Assembly: GCA_964406665.1 (NCBI GenBank)
Contig: CAYOSQ010000002.1
Coordinates: 182,219-246,218 of the forward strand
DNA length: 64,000 bases
Direction of reading: 5' to 3'
From: an uncultured Planctomycetia bacterium
GTDB lineage: Bacteria; Omnitrophota; Gorgyraeia; VGKH01; JBHPFN01
A program made the position numbers and the translations under genes. This document shows, piece by piece, positions 30,572 to 38,906 of this stretch (position 1 is the stretch's first letter; the number at the start of each line of letters is the position of its first letter). Under the pieces are notes generated by a model. The model did no database searches. It saw only the letters and a program-made list of their open reading frames with translations, and was not told the origin of the DNA.

Positions 30572-31102
30572 TTAATTTCTCAAGTTTACATCAAAAATAT
30601 TAGATACCGTTATAGTAAGACCTTTAAAAGTATTCTTTTCAGCTACTAAACTAACTTCAACCATTTCAGGAGTAGTAGACTCTCTAATAAATTCAATAGA
30701 TGCTATGTTGTGAGCAATCACAGTAATATCTGTACCACCTTCTGTCCGTTGTAATTCTGTCCCTGCTAGAGCATACTGTATCGAATCTGGAGCCCAAGAG
30801 ATATTTCCCCCAGCCATTCCGTTACAAACATTAAAAATAGCTGAAGTGTCTACTTCTCCATCTGCTTCTACAGAGATTTGAGAAGCGCCTGACTGACGCA
30901 ATTCATCAGATATATGAGTTATAGCTTTTCTGATTTCCTGCTGCAATTCAGTTTGACCACTGTTTATCTGCCAAGAGTCATTACCTACAGTCAAAACGGC
31001 TAAAAAGATAGAACTAACAAGTAGCAATATAAAAGTTGTAACCAGTGTTTCTACAAGAGTAAAACCTCTGAAATTTAATTTTGAGCTGAACAATCTTTTC
31101 AT
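30572..31102 (-). CDS. PilW-like minor pilin (prepilin cleavage motif)
   Basis: RGFTLVETLV, ISDELRQS, C-terminal VNLRN. Confidence 0.8.
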   Translation of the reverse strand: MKRLFSSKLNFRGFTLVETLVTTFILLLVSSIFLAVLTVGNDSWQINSGQTELQQEIRKAITHISDELRQSGASQISVEADGEVDTSAIFNVCNGMAGGNISWAPDSIQYALAGTELQRTEGGTDITVIAHNIASIEFIRESTTPEMVEVSLVAEKNTFKGLTITVSNIFDVNLRN

Positions 31103-31104
31103 AA

Positions 31105-31482
31105 TTATTCTCTTCTTGCTATATTTGTAATTAAAGTCGCCAAAGAATCAAGTATGCCGTCACCGTCATCAGGTTCTCCCGCGTCAAGCTCACCATTTAA
31201 ATTAAGATCTGCCCCAACTATGCGCCCGCTTTTGGTTCTCCAGCATATAACAATAGTAATTTCAAACAAATCTGGGTTTGAATCATTAATATAAATTGAC
31301 CCTATACCAGTAGGTTGGGTAGTTTCAAAGGTATTTCCTGGTGTCCCACCTGAAATATAATCAGTTGTAATGAGATCATAATTAGAGTTTCTAATCTCAT
31401 CAAGCTTCGACTGTGCTTCGCTAATAGCAAATGTAGTATCGCGAGACAATTCTGTTAACGATGAACAATCAACGAAGATTTT
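31105..31482 (-). pseudogene. 5'-truncated PilV-like minor pilin
   Basis: Frame reads KIFVDCSSLTELSRDTTFAISEAQSKLDEIRN...ITIVICWRTKSGR; in-frame TGA at 31483-31485 and no GFTLxE leader. Confidence 0.65.
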
Positions 31483-31628
31483 TCAACCACACCTGCAACA
31501 ATAATATTTTCATCACTATTTACTACGCCACCGATCCACCTTTGGACTAAAATAACTGAAATAATGATTATTATTAAAACAAAAATAAACTTTGCACCGG
31601 AAATTGAGATTTTGTTATCTTCTGTCAT
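31455..31628 (-). pseudogene. 57-aa ORF, probably the 5' stump of a membrane-anchored protein gene
   Basis: ATG overlaps upstream TGA (ATGA coupling); MTEDNKISISGAKFIFVLIIIIISVILVQRWIGG...; ends out of frame inside the pilV remnant. Confidence 0.5.
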
Positions 31629-31981
31629 TTCTGCATCTTTATTTTTTTAGCTTTCTTTTGCATTTGTTCTTTCTTATTATACTTCATTTTCTTCTTTTTT
31701 TCTTCTGAATTTTGATTAATTTCATGGGCCTCTTTTTTTGATTTTTTCTTAAGTTTTTTCGCAGCTCTTTTTGCTTTACGCTCAGCCTTGATCTTCTTTT
31801 TTTCTTCTTTGGACTTTCCCACAGTTGCAAACCAATCTGACACCCTATGAAATACTGCTTGGTCACTTGCATGCTCATATGCCTTGCTGCTTGCACCTTT
31901 TGTACCCTCATCAGCTGCAAAGGCAATTACTGGAGACAAAACTAAAATTAAACATAAAATTAAACCAAAAGACTTTCTCAT
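31625..31981 (-). CDS. Secreted Lys-rich hypothetical protein
   Basis: RBS AGGAGG before MRKSFG; signal peptide AFA-A; coiled-coil K/E-rich tail. Confidence 0.7.
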   Translation of the reverse strand: MRKSFGLILCLILVLSPVIAFAADEGTKGASSKAYEHASDQAVFHRVSDWFATVGKSKEEKKKIKAERKAKRAAKKLKKKSKKEAHEINQNSEEKKKKMKYNKKEQMQKKAKKIKMQK

Positions 31982-31994
31982 TCTATCCTCCTTT

Positions 31995-32927
31995 TTACTT
32001 CTGCCACCTGACAACCTTACCTTTTCTTATATAAAAAGTAACCGTATCTTCCTTATCGGCGCTTCTATAATCTTCATATGTGATAATATCACCGTCATCA
32101 TCAATTATGTGTCTTTTGGGCTCGTAAAATCTGAATGTATCAAAAAATTCTTTCTCAGGCATGCCTTTGTAGACTTTCTTAATTACAGCACTAAACTCTT
32201 TGGTTGATTTAAGGCCTACCTGAACCAATCTTAGAGCTAAGCCTATGCCTGCTGCAATTACAACAAAAACTACAACCAAAGTTGTCAAGAAAGACATTGA
32301 GCGCTTCTTTATCCCGAATGTCTTAGCCCACTCTTTCTTCTTTATCTGTTCTTCACTGCAGGGTTCTTTTAAAACACCGGATAGCTCTCCCAGTGTTTTT
32401 CTACATTCAAGATCTTTTAAAAGTTCGCCTTTACATTCACAGCATAAATACAGCATTACCAAATACTTCTTAAACGCCACTTCGGGAATTTTACTGGTAT
32501 CAGGATATCTTTTCCAGGTTAAAAGATCTTTATCGCCTTTTTCAATTTTACATTTATTGCAGATATGTATCTTTCCATAGTTTTTTCCATCGCGGCAGTT
32601 TCTTAGTGCTATAACTGTATCTTCACTTAAGTCCTCTTCGCTGTGACAAAAAATACACAAAGCATCGTCTTTCATTAAATCGTGAGAAAACTCTTCTTTT
32701 AGATCTCTCTGGCCGCTTCTTAATTCTGTAAATAAACGTTCCAGATATTGATCTTTCTCCTTCGCCGGGGGGTTAATCGTAACTATGAATTTAGCCGCCT
32801 CCCACATTATCAGATCTTTGACAGTTTTTACTTCCTCCGGCAAAGAAAAGCTAAGCTCAACCTTCTTTTTCCTTATAGAGCCTTCCTCTTTATGAATGCT
32901 TTGATCCTCTGAAAGATTTTCTTCCAT
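31995..32927 (-). CDS. Degenerate HNH/Zn-finger domain + TM helix + small extracytoplasmic domain
   Basis: CIFC...CNKC..KGDKDLLTW, TM at ~aa 213-235, tail KGMPEKEF...TFYIRKGKVVRW. Confidence 0.6.
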   Translation of the reverse strand: MEENLSEDQSIHKEEGSIRKKKVELSFSLPEEVKTVKDLIMWEAAKFIVTINPPAKEKDQYLERLFTELRSGQRDLKEEFSHDLMKDDALCIFCHSEEDLSEDTVIALRNCRDGKNYGKIHICNKCKIEKGDKDLLTWKRYPDTSKIPEVAFKKYLVMLYLCCECKGELLKDLECRKTLGELSGVLKEPCSEEQIKKKEWAKTFGIKKRSMSFLTTLVVVFVVIAAGIGLALRLVQVGLKSTKEFSAVIKKVYKGMPEKEFFDTFRFYEPKRHIIDDDGDIITYEDYRSADKEDTVTFYIRKGKVVRWQK

Positions 32928-32930
32928 CTT

Positions 32931-33434
32931 CTATTCTGCTCTTTTATAGATTTCTTTTACTGTTCCAGCTACAAAGATCATTGTTTGATCATCTTTGCTT
33001 ACTGAAAAAGTGTAGTCTACAGTAAGCGGTGTGCTTACTCCCGGACAATCAGATTGACTCATAACCATTTTCATTTTATTCCCTTTTACTTCTAAGCTTC
33101 CGGAAGCTGAACATACTGAAGTTGAAGAGGAAAATGAATTCTTGCTCAATGTCATGTTTGACGGAGTTTGGTGCTCAAGTGCACCATTTATATACGTTGC
33201 CTGCCTTATCCAATTACCTAAATATCCAGTTGTTTTTCCCTCAAATTCTTCAGGCTCAACTGAGACAGGTTGTTCATTAACTGCAGCATCTTCGCCTTCC
33301 TGTTTGGCAGAGTTGATAACATCATTAATGTTATCAAAGGGTATTTTCCAGGCATATACCTGAGAAAACAAACCAGAACTGATTATACTCAACGTCAAAG
33401 AAATAATTACTACCAGCAAAGCTTTTTTCATCAT
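32931..33434 (-). CDS. Secreted protein with lipocalin-like beta domain
   Basis: Signal peptide; YLGNW and YKR lipocalin-like terminal motifs. Confidence 0.6.
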   Translation of the reverse strand: MMKKALLVVIISLTLSIISSGLFSQVYAWKIPFDNINDVINSAKQEGEDAAVNEQPVSVEPEEFEGKTTGYLGNWIRQATYINGALEHQTPSNMTLSKNSFSSSTSVCSASGSLEVKGNKMKMVMSQSDCPGVSTPLTVDYTFSVSKDDQTMIFVAGTVKEIYKRAE

Positions 33435-33450
33435 AGCTCCTTGTTAAAAT

Positions 33451-33876
33451 TTAGTCTAAACACCACCAATTATCCACAACCAATCTTCTGCTTTCAGGGA
33501 TACACTTAACCCCTTCTTCACAAATCCTCTTAATAATTGTAAACTCCCCTGTAGCTACTATTTCACTATCGCAAGCAAGCTTCTCTTCTTTGGAAAGAAG
33601 AACTATATTGCCGAAATCGCTGTCAAAATCATAGTGCCTCCAAGAGCTCATACCGGAACCCATATCAAGGACAGGCTCGATTATTTCAAACTCTCGCGGC
33701 TCTGTAGCAAAAATACCAACCACCCTTACCCTCTCACCGTTACAGCCTTCAATCTCTGTTGTATCATTACAGAATATTTCTTCTTCAACCATTGGCGTTG
33801 CACTGGTAACTGCGTCTTGTGCTAATATAGGAGTTACTAAAGTCAACATAATCAAAACTACTATTAATCTTTGCAT
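33451..33876 (-). CDS. Secreted Cys-containing hypothetical protein
   Basis: Signal peptide ILA-Q; six Cys. Confidence 0.65.
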   Translation of the reverse strand: MQRLIVVLIMLTLVTPILAQDAVTSATPMVEEEIFCNDTTEIEGCNGERVRVVGIFATEPREFEIIEPVLDMGSGMSSWRHYDFDSDFGNIVLLSKEEKLACDSEIVATGEFTIIKRICEEGVKCIPESRRLVVDNWWCLD

Positions 33877-33918
33877 CGTAACCTTTCTTTTAAAACCTTT
33901 TTTTATGCAAGTAAATCG

Positions 33919-35409
33919 CTAGCGATATCTTTCTTCTGAAATAAGATTTCTTTTTTCGTCAAATGTTTTTTTATTAACTGCTACACCTTGTTCATATAGA
34001 ATTTCAGAGAGCAACACACCTTCTATGCTATACTCTCTTGCTAATCCGTCTAATATATCGTTTTTGTATGTTTCTTCACCTCTGAGTTTGCCGTTTTCAT
34101 GATAATCTCTAACAGTCCCCTGAAGCTTCCCGTCGGTATAGTTGGCAGCTGTCTCCATTCTTCCATTTTTGTAATAAAGCATAATACCGCCGTGAAGCTT
34201 ACCGTCTTTTCGGCTGAGCCTTGATTTAATTGTTCCATTATCATAGTATTCATAAGCTGCTTCTAGAATAATTTTTCCCTTTACGTCATAATTAACCTGC
34301 TGTGTCGTTTTACCATTCTCATAATACGTCACTCTCATTAAATTTCCACCAATATAGTAATCCCGGGCAGCACCTTCTATCTTATTATCCCTATAAGTCT
34401 TCTCAGATTGAATCTTTCCATCTTTATAATATCTCTTGCTGACTCCGTGAATTTTATAATTAACATAAGGGATTTCGGCTGCAAGTTCTCCGGTATTGTA
34501 GAATTCTTTCTTTATCCCTTCAATCTTTCCTTTAATATATCTAGCCTGAGATCTTAGCCGGCCATTTTTATGATATATTTTACGGGTTCCCTCAATCCTC
34601 CCATTGACAAAAATCTCCTCAATTTCTAGTTCTCCGGTTTTAAAATAATGCTTCCCCGGTCCGTCAGCATTACCATTTTTATAGATTATTTCAGAGGCGA
34701 GCTGTCCATTTACATGATAATATTTGCGCTTGCCGTGCTTTCTTCCGTTAACATAAGGTTGAATAACAGAAATTTGCCCTGTCTTATAATAAGTTTTTTT
34801 CAATCCGTGGCGCCTTCCACTTTTCATAGCGGTAATGGATTCTATTTTTCCGTTTGGCCAGTATTTCTTTTTATAGGTTGTTCTAAATTTATTATTTAAG
34901 GTTATGGCAATAGTTAAAATACTCCCCAAAATGCAGGTCAGCAGAAAGCCTATAACAACTTTTTTTATAGGGATTCTTTTCTTCGCAACCACTTCTGCAT
35001 CAGGTAATACATCCATCTTTTCAGATGCCTTAAACTGATCTCTTACCTTTTTTCTGGTAAAGAAAACAATAAAAACTGTTGCAAAGACCAGAGGCACAAC
35101 GGCTAAATTAAATACAGGAGAAGTACGATATATTCTTCCATGTTTAATTATGGGCATTAATCCGAAAAAAAACCCTGGAAGCGAGCTTAATAATATAGCG
35201 ATTGAAAGCAACAGTGACAGAAACCATCCGATTATATTCAAACGAAATACAAGAATTCCTGAGATAAACACCAGCATTCCAATCAAGCCCACCCTTATAA
35301 ACACAATTCCACCGCTAAAAAGAGCAAAAATGCTGCTAGTAATTGCTAATCCTAGCAGCATTTCAAATATGCTTATTAAGGTTACACCTATTGATCTCTT
35401 CTGAGTCAT
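33919..35409 (-). CDS. Multi-TM protein with long MORN-variant (YwqK-like) repeat domain
   Basis: About five TM helices then repeats such as YKNGNADGPGKHYFKTGEL. Confidence 0.85.
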   Translation of the reverse strand: MTQKRSIGVTLISIFEMLLGLAITSSIFALFSGGIVFIRVGLIGMLVFISGILVFRLNIIGWFLSLLLSIAILLSSLPGFFFGLMPIIKHGRIYRTSPVFNLAVVPLVFATVFIVFFTRKKVRDQFKASEKMDVLPDAEVVAKKRIPIKKVVIGFLLTCILGSILTIAITLNNKFRTTYKKKYWPNGKIESITAMKSGRRHGLKKTYYKTGQISVIQPYVNGRKHGKRKYYHVNGQLASEIIYKNGNADGPGKHYFKTGELEIEEIFVNGRIEGTRKIYHKNGRLRSQARYIKGKIEGIKKEFYNTGELAAEIPYVNYKIHGVSKRYYKDGKIQSEKTYRDNKIEGAARDYYIGGNLMRVTYYENGKTTQQVNYDVKGKIILEAAYEYYDNGTIKSRLSRKDGKLHGGIMLYYKNGRMETAANYTDGKLQGTVRDYHENGKLRGEETYKNDILDGLAREYSIEGVLLSEILYEQGVAVNKKTFDEKRNLISEERYR

Positions 35410-35427
35410 TTTATTAAAATAAGAACT

Positions 35428-35550
35428 CTACTTCTTCTTTCTTCCCAATAAATAGCCAATACAAGCACCCATTATTGCAATACAGACCAAAACTAAAAGC
35501 TTGCTACATTGAGCATCGCTAAAAAAAGATCCAAGTGGACATGTGTTCAT
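35428..35550 (-). CDS. 40-aa single-TM small protein (below ORF-track cutoff)
   Basis: MNTCPLGSFFSDAQCSKLLVLVCIAIMGACIGYLLGRKKK; purine-rich RBS AAAGGGA. Confidence 0.5.
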   Translation of the reverse strand: MNTCPLGSFFSDAQCSKLLVLVCIAIMGACIGYLLGRKKK

Positions 35551-35720
35551 TTCTTCCCTTTCGTATATGAATATACCCTTTTAGGCGTTTTCGGTTTATG
35601 TTAAATTTAGAATCTCGGGTAACCAATATTCTACTATCCCTAACCCTTACTTGCAAGAGAAAATCGTAAACTATCTTTCAACCCGTTATTTATTAAAAAC
35701 ATTAATTAAATAAAACCGTG

Positions 35721-35749
35721 TTGACATTTTTAAATATAAATGGTAATTT
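35721..35749 (+). promoter_or_regulatory. Putative sigma70 promoter for pilin unit
   Basis: TTGACA-N17-TAATTT with TGn. Confidence 0.6.
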
Positions 35750-35794
35750 TTTATAAGAAAGTTAAATTTTGTTTTTGAAGAAAATCATCTAAAA

Positions 35795-36022
35795 ATGTCA
35801 AAAACTAATATAATTCTCATCGCAGTAATTGCCGTTTCACTCTTTGTAATATTCATCCTCTCGAATAATAAAACCCCTGAAGTTTCTATCCCTCAAGGAG
35901 ATATAAAGGAACTACCTCCTCAACTTCGCAACGCTATAAGTGAATTGAACAAAGAAGAATATGAAGGTCTTTCTCAAAAACAGATAGAGGAAAAATTTAA
36001 ACAAAAGGGAATCCGGTTTTGA
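35795..36022 (+). CDS. Small membrane-anchored protein
   Basis: N-terminal TM; stop overlaps pilin start. Confidence 0.6.
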   Translation: MSKTNIILIAVIAVSLFVIFILSNNKTPEVSIPQGDIKELPPQLRNAISELNKEEYEGLSQKQIEEKFKQKGIRF

Positions 36023-36453
36023 ACCTAAAGAAGAAATCCTTTACTATTATTGAAATAGTTATTGTTATATTAATCTTAGGTATTTTATCTGCCGTTGCCC
36101 TTCCTGGGATGTTTGATCTTACTTCAGATGCTAAAAATGCATCGGATGACTATACAATAGCTGCAATATTTGGTTTGGTAAATAACCTATATATGGAGAG
36201 CGCATTAAACTCCGCCACCTCTTCATATCCCACAATGACTCAAATTGTAAATAATCTTACCCAACCGATTTTCTATAACGGCCTTACTGCCAACGAGTGG
36301 TCTTATATTGAAGTTTTTGGTGGTAATATTATTGTCTTGTATTGCCCGCACGGAATTACTGGGGTAGGTAGGCGCTATTGGGTATATTTCCGCATTGATT
36401 TCCCCCCTTATGGTGCAGGAAGTATCGTAGAATTCGGCTCCGGCCCTCACTAA
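36019..36453 (+). CDS. Type IV pilin / pseudopilin-like protein
   Basis: KKKSFTIIEIVIVILILGILSAVALP (Ser rather than Gly at -1). Confidence 0.8.
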   Translation: MNLKKKSFTIIEIVIVILILGILSAVALPGMFDLTSDAKNASDDYTIAAIFGLVNNLYMESALNSATSSYPTMTQIVNNLTQPIFYNGLTANEWSYIEVFGGNIIVLYCPHGITGVGRRYWVYFRIDFPPYGAGSIVEFGSGPH

Positions 36454-36493
36454 TAAATTCGTACTCTCGCTAAAACCTAGTCTATTCTGCCCC

Positions 36494-36962
36494 GACCGCA
36501 AGCGGTCTGGATTGTTTACGCGAAGCGTAACCCTTTAGGGCTTCGTCCAAACGACTTATCTCCAGTGATTTACCTCACTGTCCATAAGTCGTGGCCACGC
36601 TAAAATTACAGGCGCCTAGAAAATTGGCGACGACATAAGTTATGGGGTGCTAAGCACGACGTAACTTATAGGTCGGAAGCCATCCCGCAAAGCGGGACAG
36701 ACGACATAAGTTATTGAGTGCTAAGCACGACGCAACTTATAGGTCGGAAGCCATCCCGCAAAGCGGGACAGACGATATAAGTTATGGACAGCACCGAAGG
36801 TGCAGGAAGATAAGTGATTATGTGCGCAGCCGCACCGACGCTTTTATCGGTGCAAAACAAGCACATCACTTAACGACAGCACCGAAGGTGCAGGAAGATA
36901 AGCGATTATGTGCGCAGTCGCACCGACGCTTTTATCGGTGCAAAACAAGCACAACATTAGCA
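36494..36962. repeat. Non-coding hairpin array: 71-bp unit x2.2 (36629-36787) and 88-bp unit x~2 (36787-36962), preceded by single hairpins
   Basis: Units start at 36629, 36700, 36771 and at 36787, 36875; each has nested inverted repeats; GC-rich relative to flanks. Confidence 0.9.
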
Positions 36963-36970
36963 TCTCTACT

Positions 36971-37006
36971 AAAAAGGGCAGTCCTATAAATCATATTGGA
37001 CTGCCC
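36971..37006 (-). terminator. Intrinsic terminator
   Basis: gggcagtcc-N13-ggactgccc followed by U5 on minus strand. Confidence 0.75.
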
Positions 37007-37048
37007 CTAAAGCTTTTCTTAATGCAAAGTACGTACTCGAATTTTCAG

Positions 37049-37156
37049 CTACTTCTTTTTAAGTGCATCTAGTACTTTATACAGCGTCTGCCTCATATCG
37101 TTTAAAAAGTAACAAATAGCAATGATCCCTAAAAGGATTAAAATATCTAATAACAT
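37049..37156 (-). CDS. 35-aa single-TM small protein (below ORF-track cutoff)
   Basis: RBS AAGGAGGTGA; MLLDILILLGIIAICYFLNDMRQTLYKVLDALKKK; terminator follows. Confidence 0.65.
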   Translation of the reverse strand: MLLDILILLGIIAICYFLNDMRQTLYKVLDALKKK

Positions 37157-37204
37157 ATTATCACCTCCTTATTTCTTTAAAATTCTTAATAACAAAGCGT
37201 AAAA

Positions 37205-37579
37205 CTATAATAGTTTCTTGATATCTTCTAAAATCGCTCGGGCTGTGGTCTCATCACCCACACCAACACGAATTTCAATCTTCACATTTTTGGAACCTTT
37301 AACAAAAATATCAACAGCAACTTTCTTATCAGTCTGATCAGTACCACGAAGTTGAGTTACTCCACTCTTAGCAACCTTTTCAGTCAAGGCAATCTTTCTA
37401 GTTTCAAATACTTTTTCTGTTGCTGATACAGCCTCTATCATAGAAACATTTTCTTCAGAAATAATCTTTCCTGCTTGCCATAGTGCAGTTCCACCGGCAC
37501 CGGCCAATACTGCAACGCATCCACACAAGGTTATACTCATTATAACCAATAAAAAAGCACTAAACACCCTTCTTGCCAT
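37205..37579 (-). CDS. DUF3568-like lipoprotein
   Basis: LCGCVAVLAGAGG lipobox/Gly stretch, IEIRVGVGDE..AR.IL. Confidence 0.75.
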   Translation of the reverse strand: MARRVFSAFLLVIMSITLCGCVAVLAGAGGTALWQAGKIISEENVSMIEAVSATEKVFETRKIALTEKVAKSGVTQLRGTDQTDKKVAVDIFVKGSKNVKIEIRVGVGDETTARAILEDIKKLL

Positions 37580-37799
37580 CCTTTTCTCCTTTCAACAGAA
37601 AAGACAACCCTGCTTTTAGAGTTGTCCGGAATTGATTAATTTGGTTTTAGATTTGTCAATAGGTACTGTCCTATCATAGTAAAGACTATTGTAGTATCTT
37701 TTATTGTTTTTTGCAAGCTGATATCCAATTAAATAGAGGATATCTTACCAGCTTATCATGCAGCTGGAGTTCACATCTAATCAACGTAATTATTCCTAA

Positions 37800-37864
37800 A
37801 TATAAAAGTACGTACTCAAGTACGTACTTTTATATCTATCGCTACTACGTAGTGACTACGTAGT
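37800..37864. repeat. Cluster of TACGTA-cored palindromes
   Basis: 17-bp perfect inverted repeat 37800-37835 containing AGTACGTACT twice; ACTACGTAGT twice at 37844-37853 and 37855-37864. Confidence 0.85.
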
Positions 37865-37918
37865 TATATTATTATCAAAATATTATTAATTAACTATGTA
37901 CCTCCAGATCTTACGGAG

Positions 37919-38353
37919 TTAATCGACCTGATGAGCGGTAAGAAATAAAGCCTTTTCTAGAGCAACGAAGAAATCCTGATAAGTCTCAGCATCTTCAACT
38001 GACTTAATGCCGTATTGAGCATTTGCCCTAACTAATAGTTGTGCCTCTCCCCTAGATCTAACCGTAACAGTCATTTTTACAATGGCATATCCAAGAAACT
38101 TCTGTCCAGTTACAGAACCAATCATTAAATCTGCCTTTTCAATAACAAAATCTAGGTCTTGCATAGTGCTAATAACTGTTTGAACCATCATTTTTTTATC
38201 TACAGTATCAAAAGCTCTCGTTTGCATACTTCTTAACTGAACTTGGCTTTCATCCATCTCAAAAGCTCTACGCGCTGTATTCGCACAACCAAAACACAAT
38301 ACACTAATTACCAATACAATAAATATAGTTCTACAGTTTTTAAATCTTATCAT
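37919..38353 (-). CDS. Lipoprotein, paralog of the adjacent gene
   Basis: Lipobox CFGC; QTRAFDT..MQDLDFVI..YQDFF..LEKALFL.AH. Confidence 0.75.
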   Translation of the reverse strand: MIRFKNCRTIFIVLVISVLCFGCANTARRAFEMDESQVQLRSMQTRAFDTVDKKMMVQTVISTMQDLDFVIEKADLMIGSVTGQKFLGYAIVKMTVTVRSRGEAQLLVRANAQYGIKSVEDAETYQDFFVALEKALFLTAHQVD

Positions 38354-38883
38354 ATCTTATGTGCCTCCAGGAATATTGCTTTTGACAAACTATCAAAAAA
38401 TTTCTGATAAATTTCAGGGTCACTAATTGTCTCTACTCTACTAAGAGCCCCCATTTGATTCCATACCAATCTTTGAAAAGTTACCCTAACAACAATTTTA
38501 CTCTTATCGTAACTAAGTTTTCCAATAACAGAAGCTTTAACTTTTTGAGTAGCATCACAAGTAGAAGTTAAATTCGTACCAAACATAATATCCATAAAGA
38601 TAGCACCAGCTATCTGTCCACCATCCGTAGCATCACTACTCTTTGAACCAGCTATGAAACCCAATTCACTTTCACTGTCATCTAATGTAAAACCTAAATC
38701 TTGCAAAACACCAGCAATGGCAATAATTATTTGTTCTTCATCCACAGTTTCATACTGTCTCATTTGAAGAGTGCGTTTCTCCAAAGTTTCTTCAGGAAGT
38801 GCCAAAAAACCTTTTGGTATGCTGGCACAGCCAATTAATGAAGAACAAAAGTATAAAATAATTACCAACCTGAAAAACTTCAA
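38350..38883 (-). CDS. Lipoprotein
   Basis: Lipobox LIGC; QMRQYET..LQDLGF..YQKFF..LSKAIFLEAH. Confidence 0.75.
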   Translation of the reverse strand: MKFFRLVIILYFCSSLIGCASIPKGFLALPEETLEKRTLQMRQYETVDEEQIIIAIAGVLQDLGFTLDDSESELGFIAGSKSSDATDGGQIAGAIFMDIMFGTNLTSTCDATQKVKASVIGKLSYDKSKIVVRVTFQRLVWNQMGALSRVETISDPEIYQKFFDSLSKAIFLEAHKI

Positions 38884-38906
38884 AACAATCTCCTAACTTT
38901 CGATTA

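Noticed and set aside
35579-35606. dif site (TTATGTTAAAT matches the XerD arm at 35596-35606)
   Set aside because: The expected XerC arm position reads ttttaggcgtt, unlike the consensus; probably chance in AT-rich DNA.
36629-36962. CRISPR array
   Set aside because: Units are full-length near-identical tandem copies with no unique spacers, and no cas genes are present.
36629-36962. Canonical integron attC sites
   Set aside because: RYYYAAC and GTTRRRY boxes are not both present in the required order, and no integrase is in the window; kept only as a loose analogy.
36714-36989. 91-aa ORF across the hairpin array
   Set aside because: Repeat periods of 71 and 88 are not multiples of 3, there is no RBS, and the composition is not protein-like.
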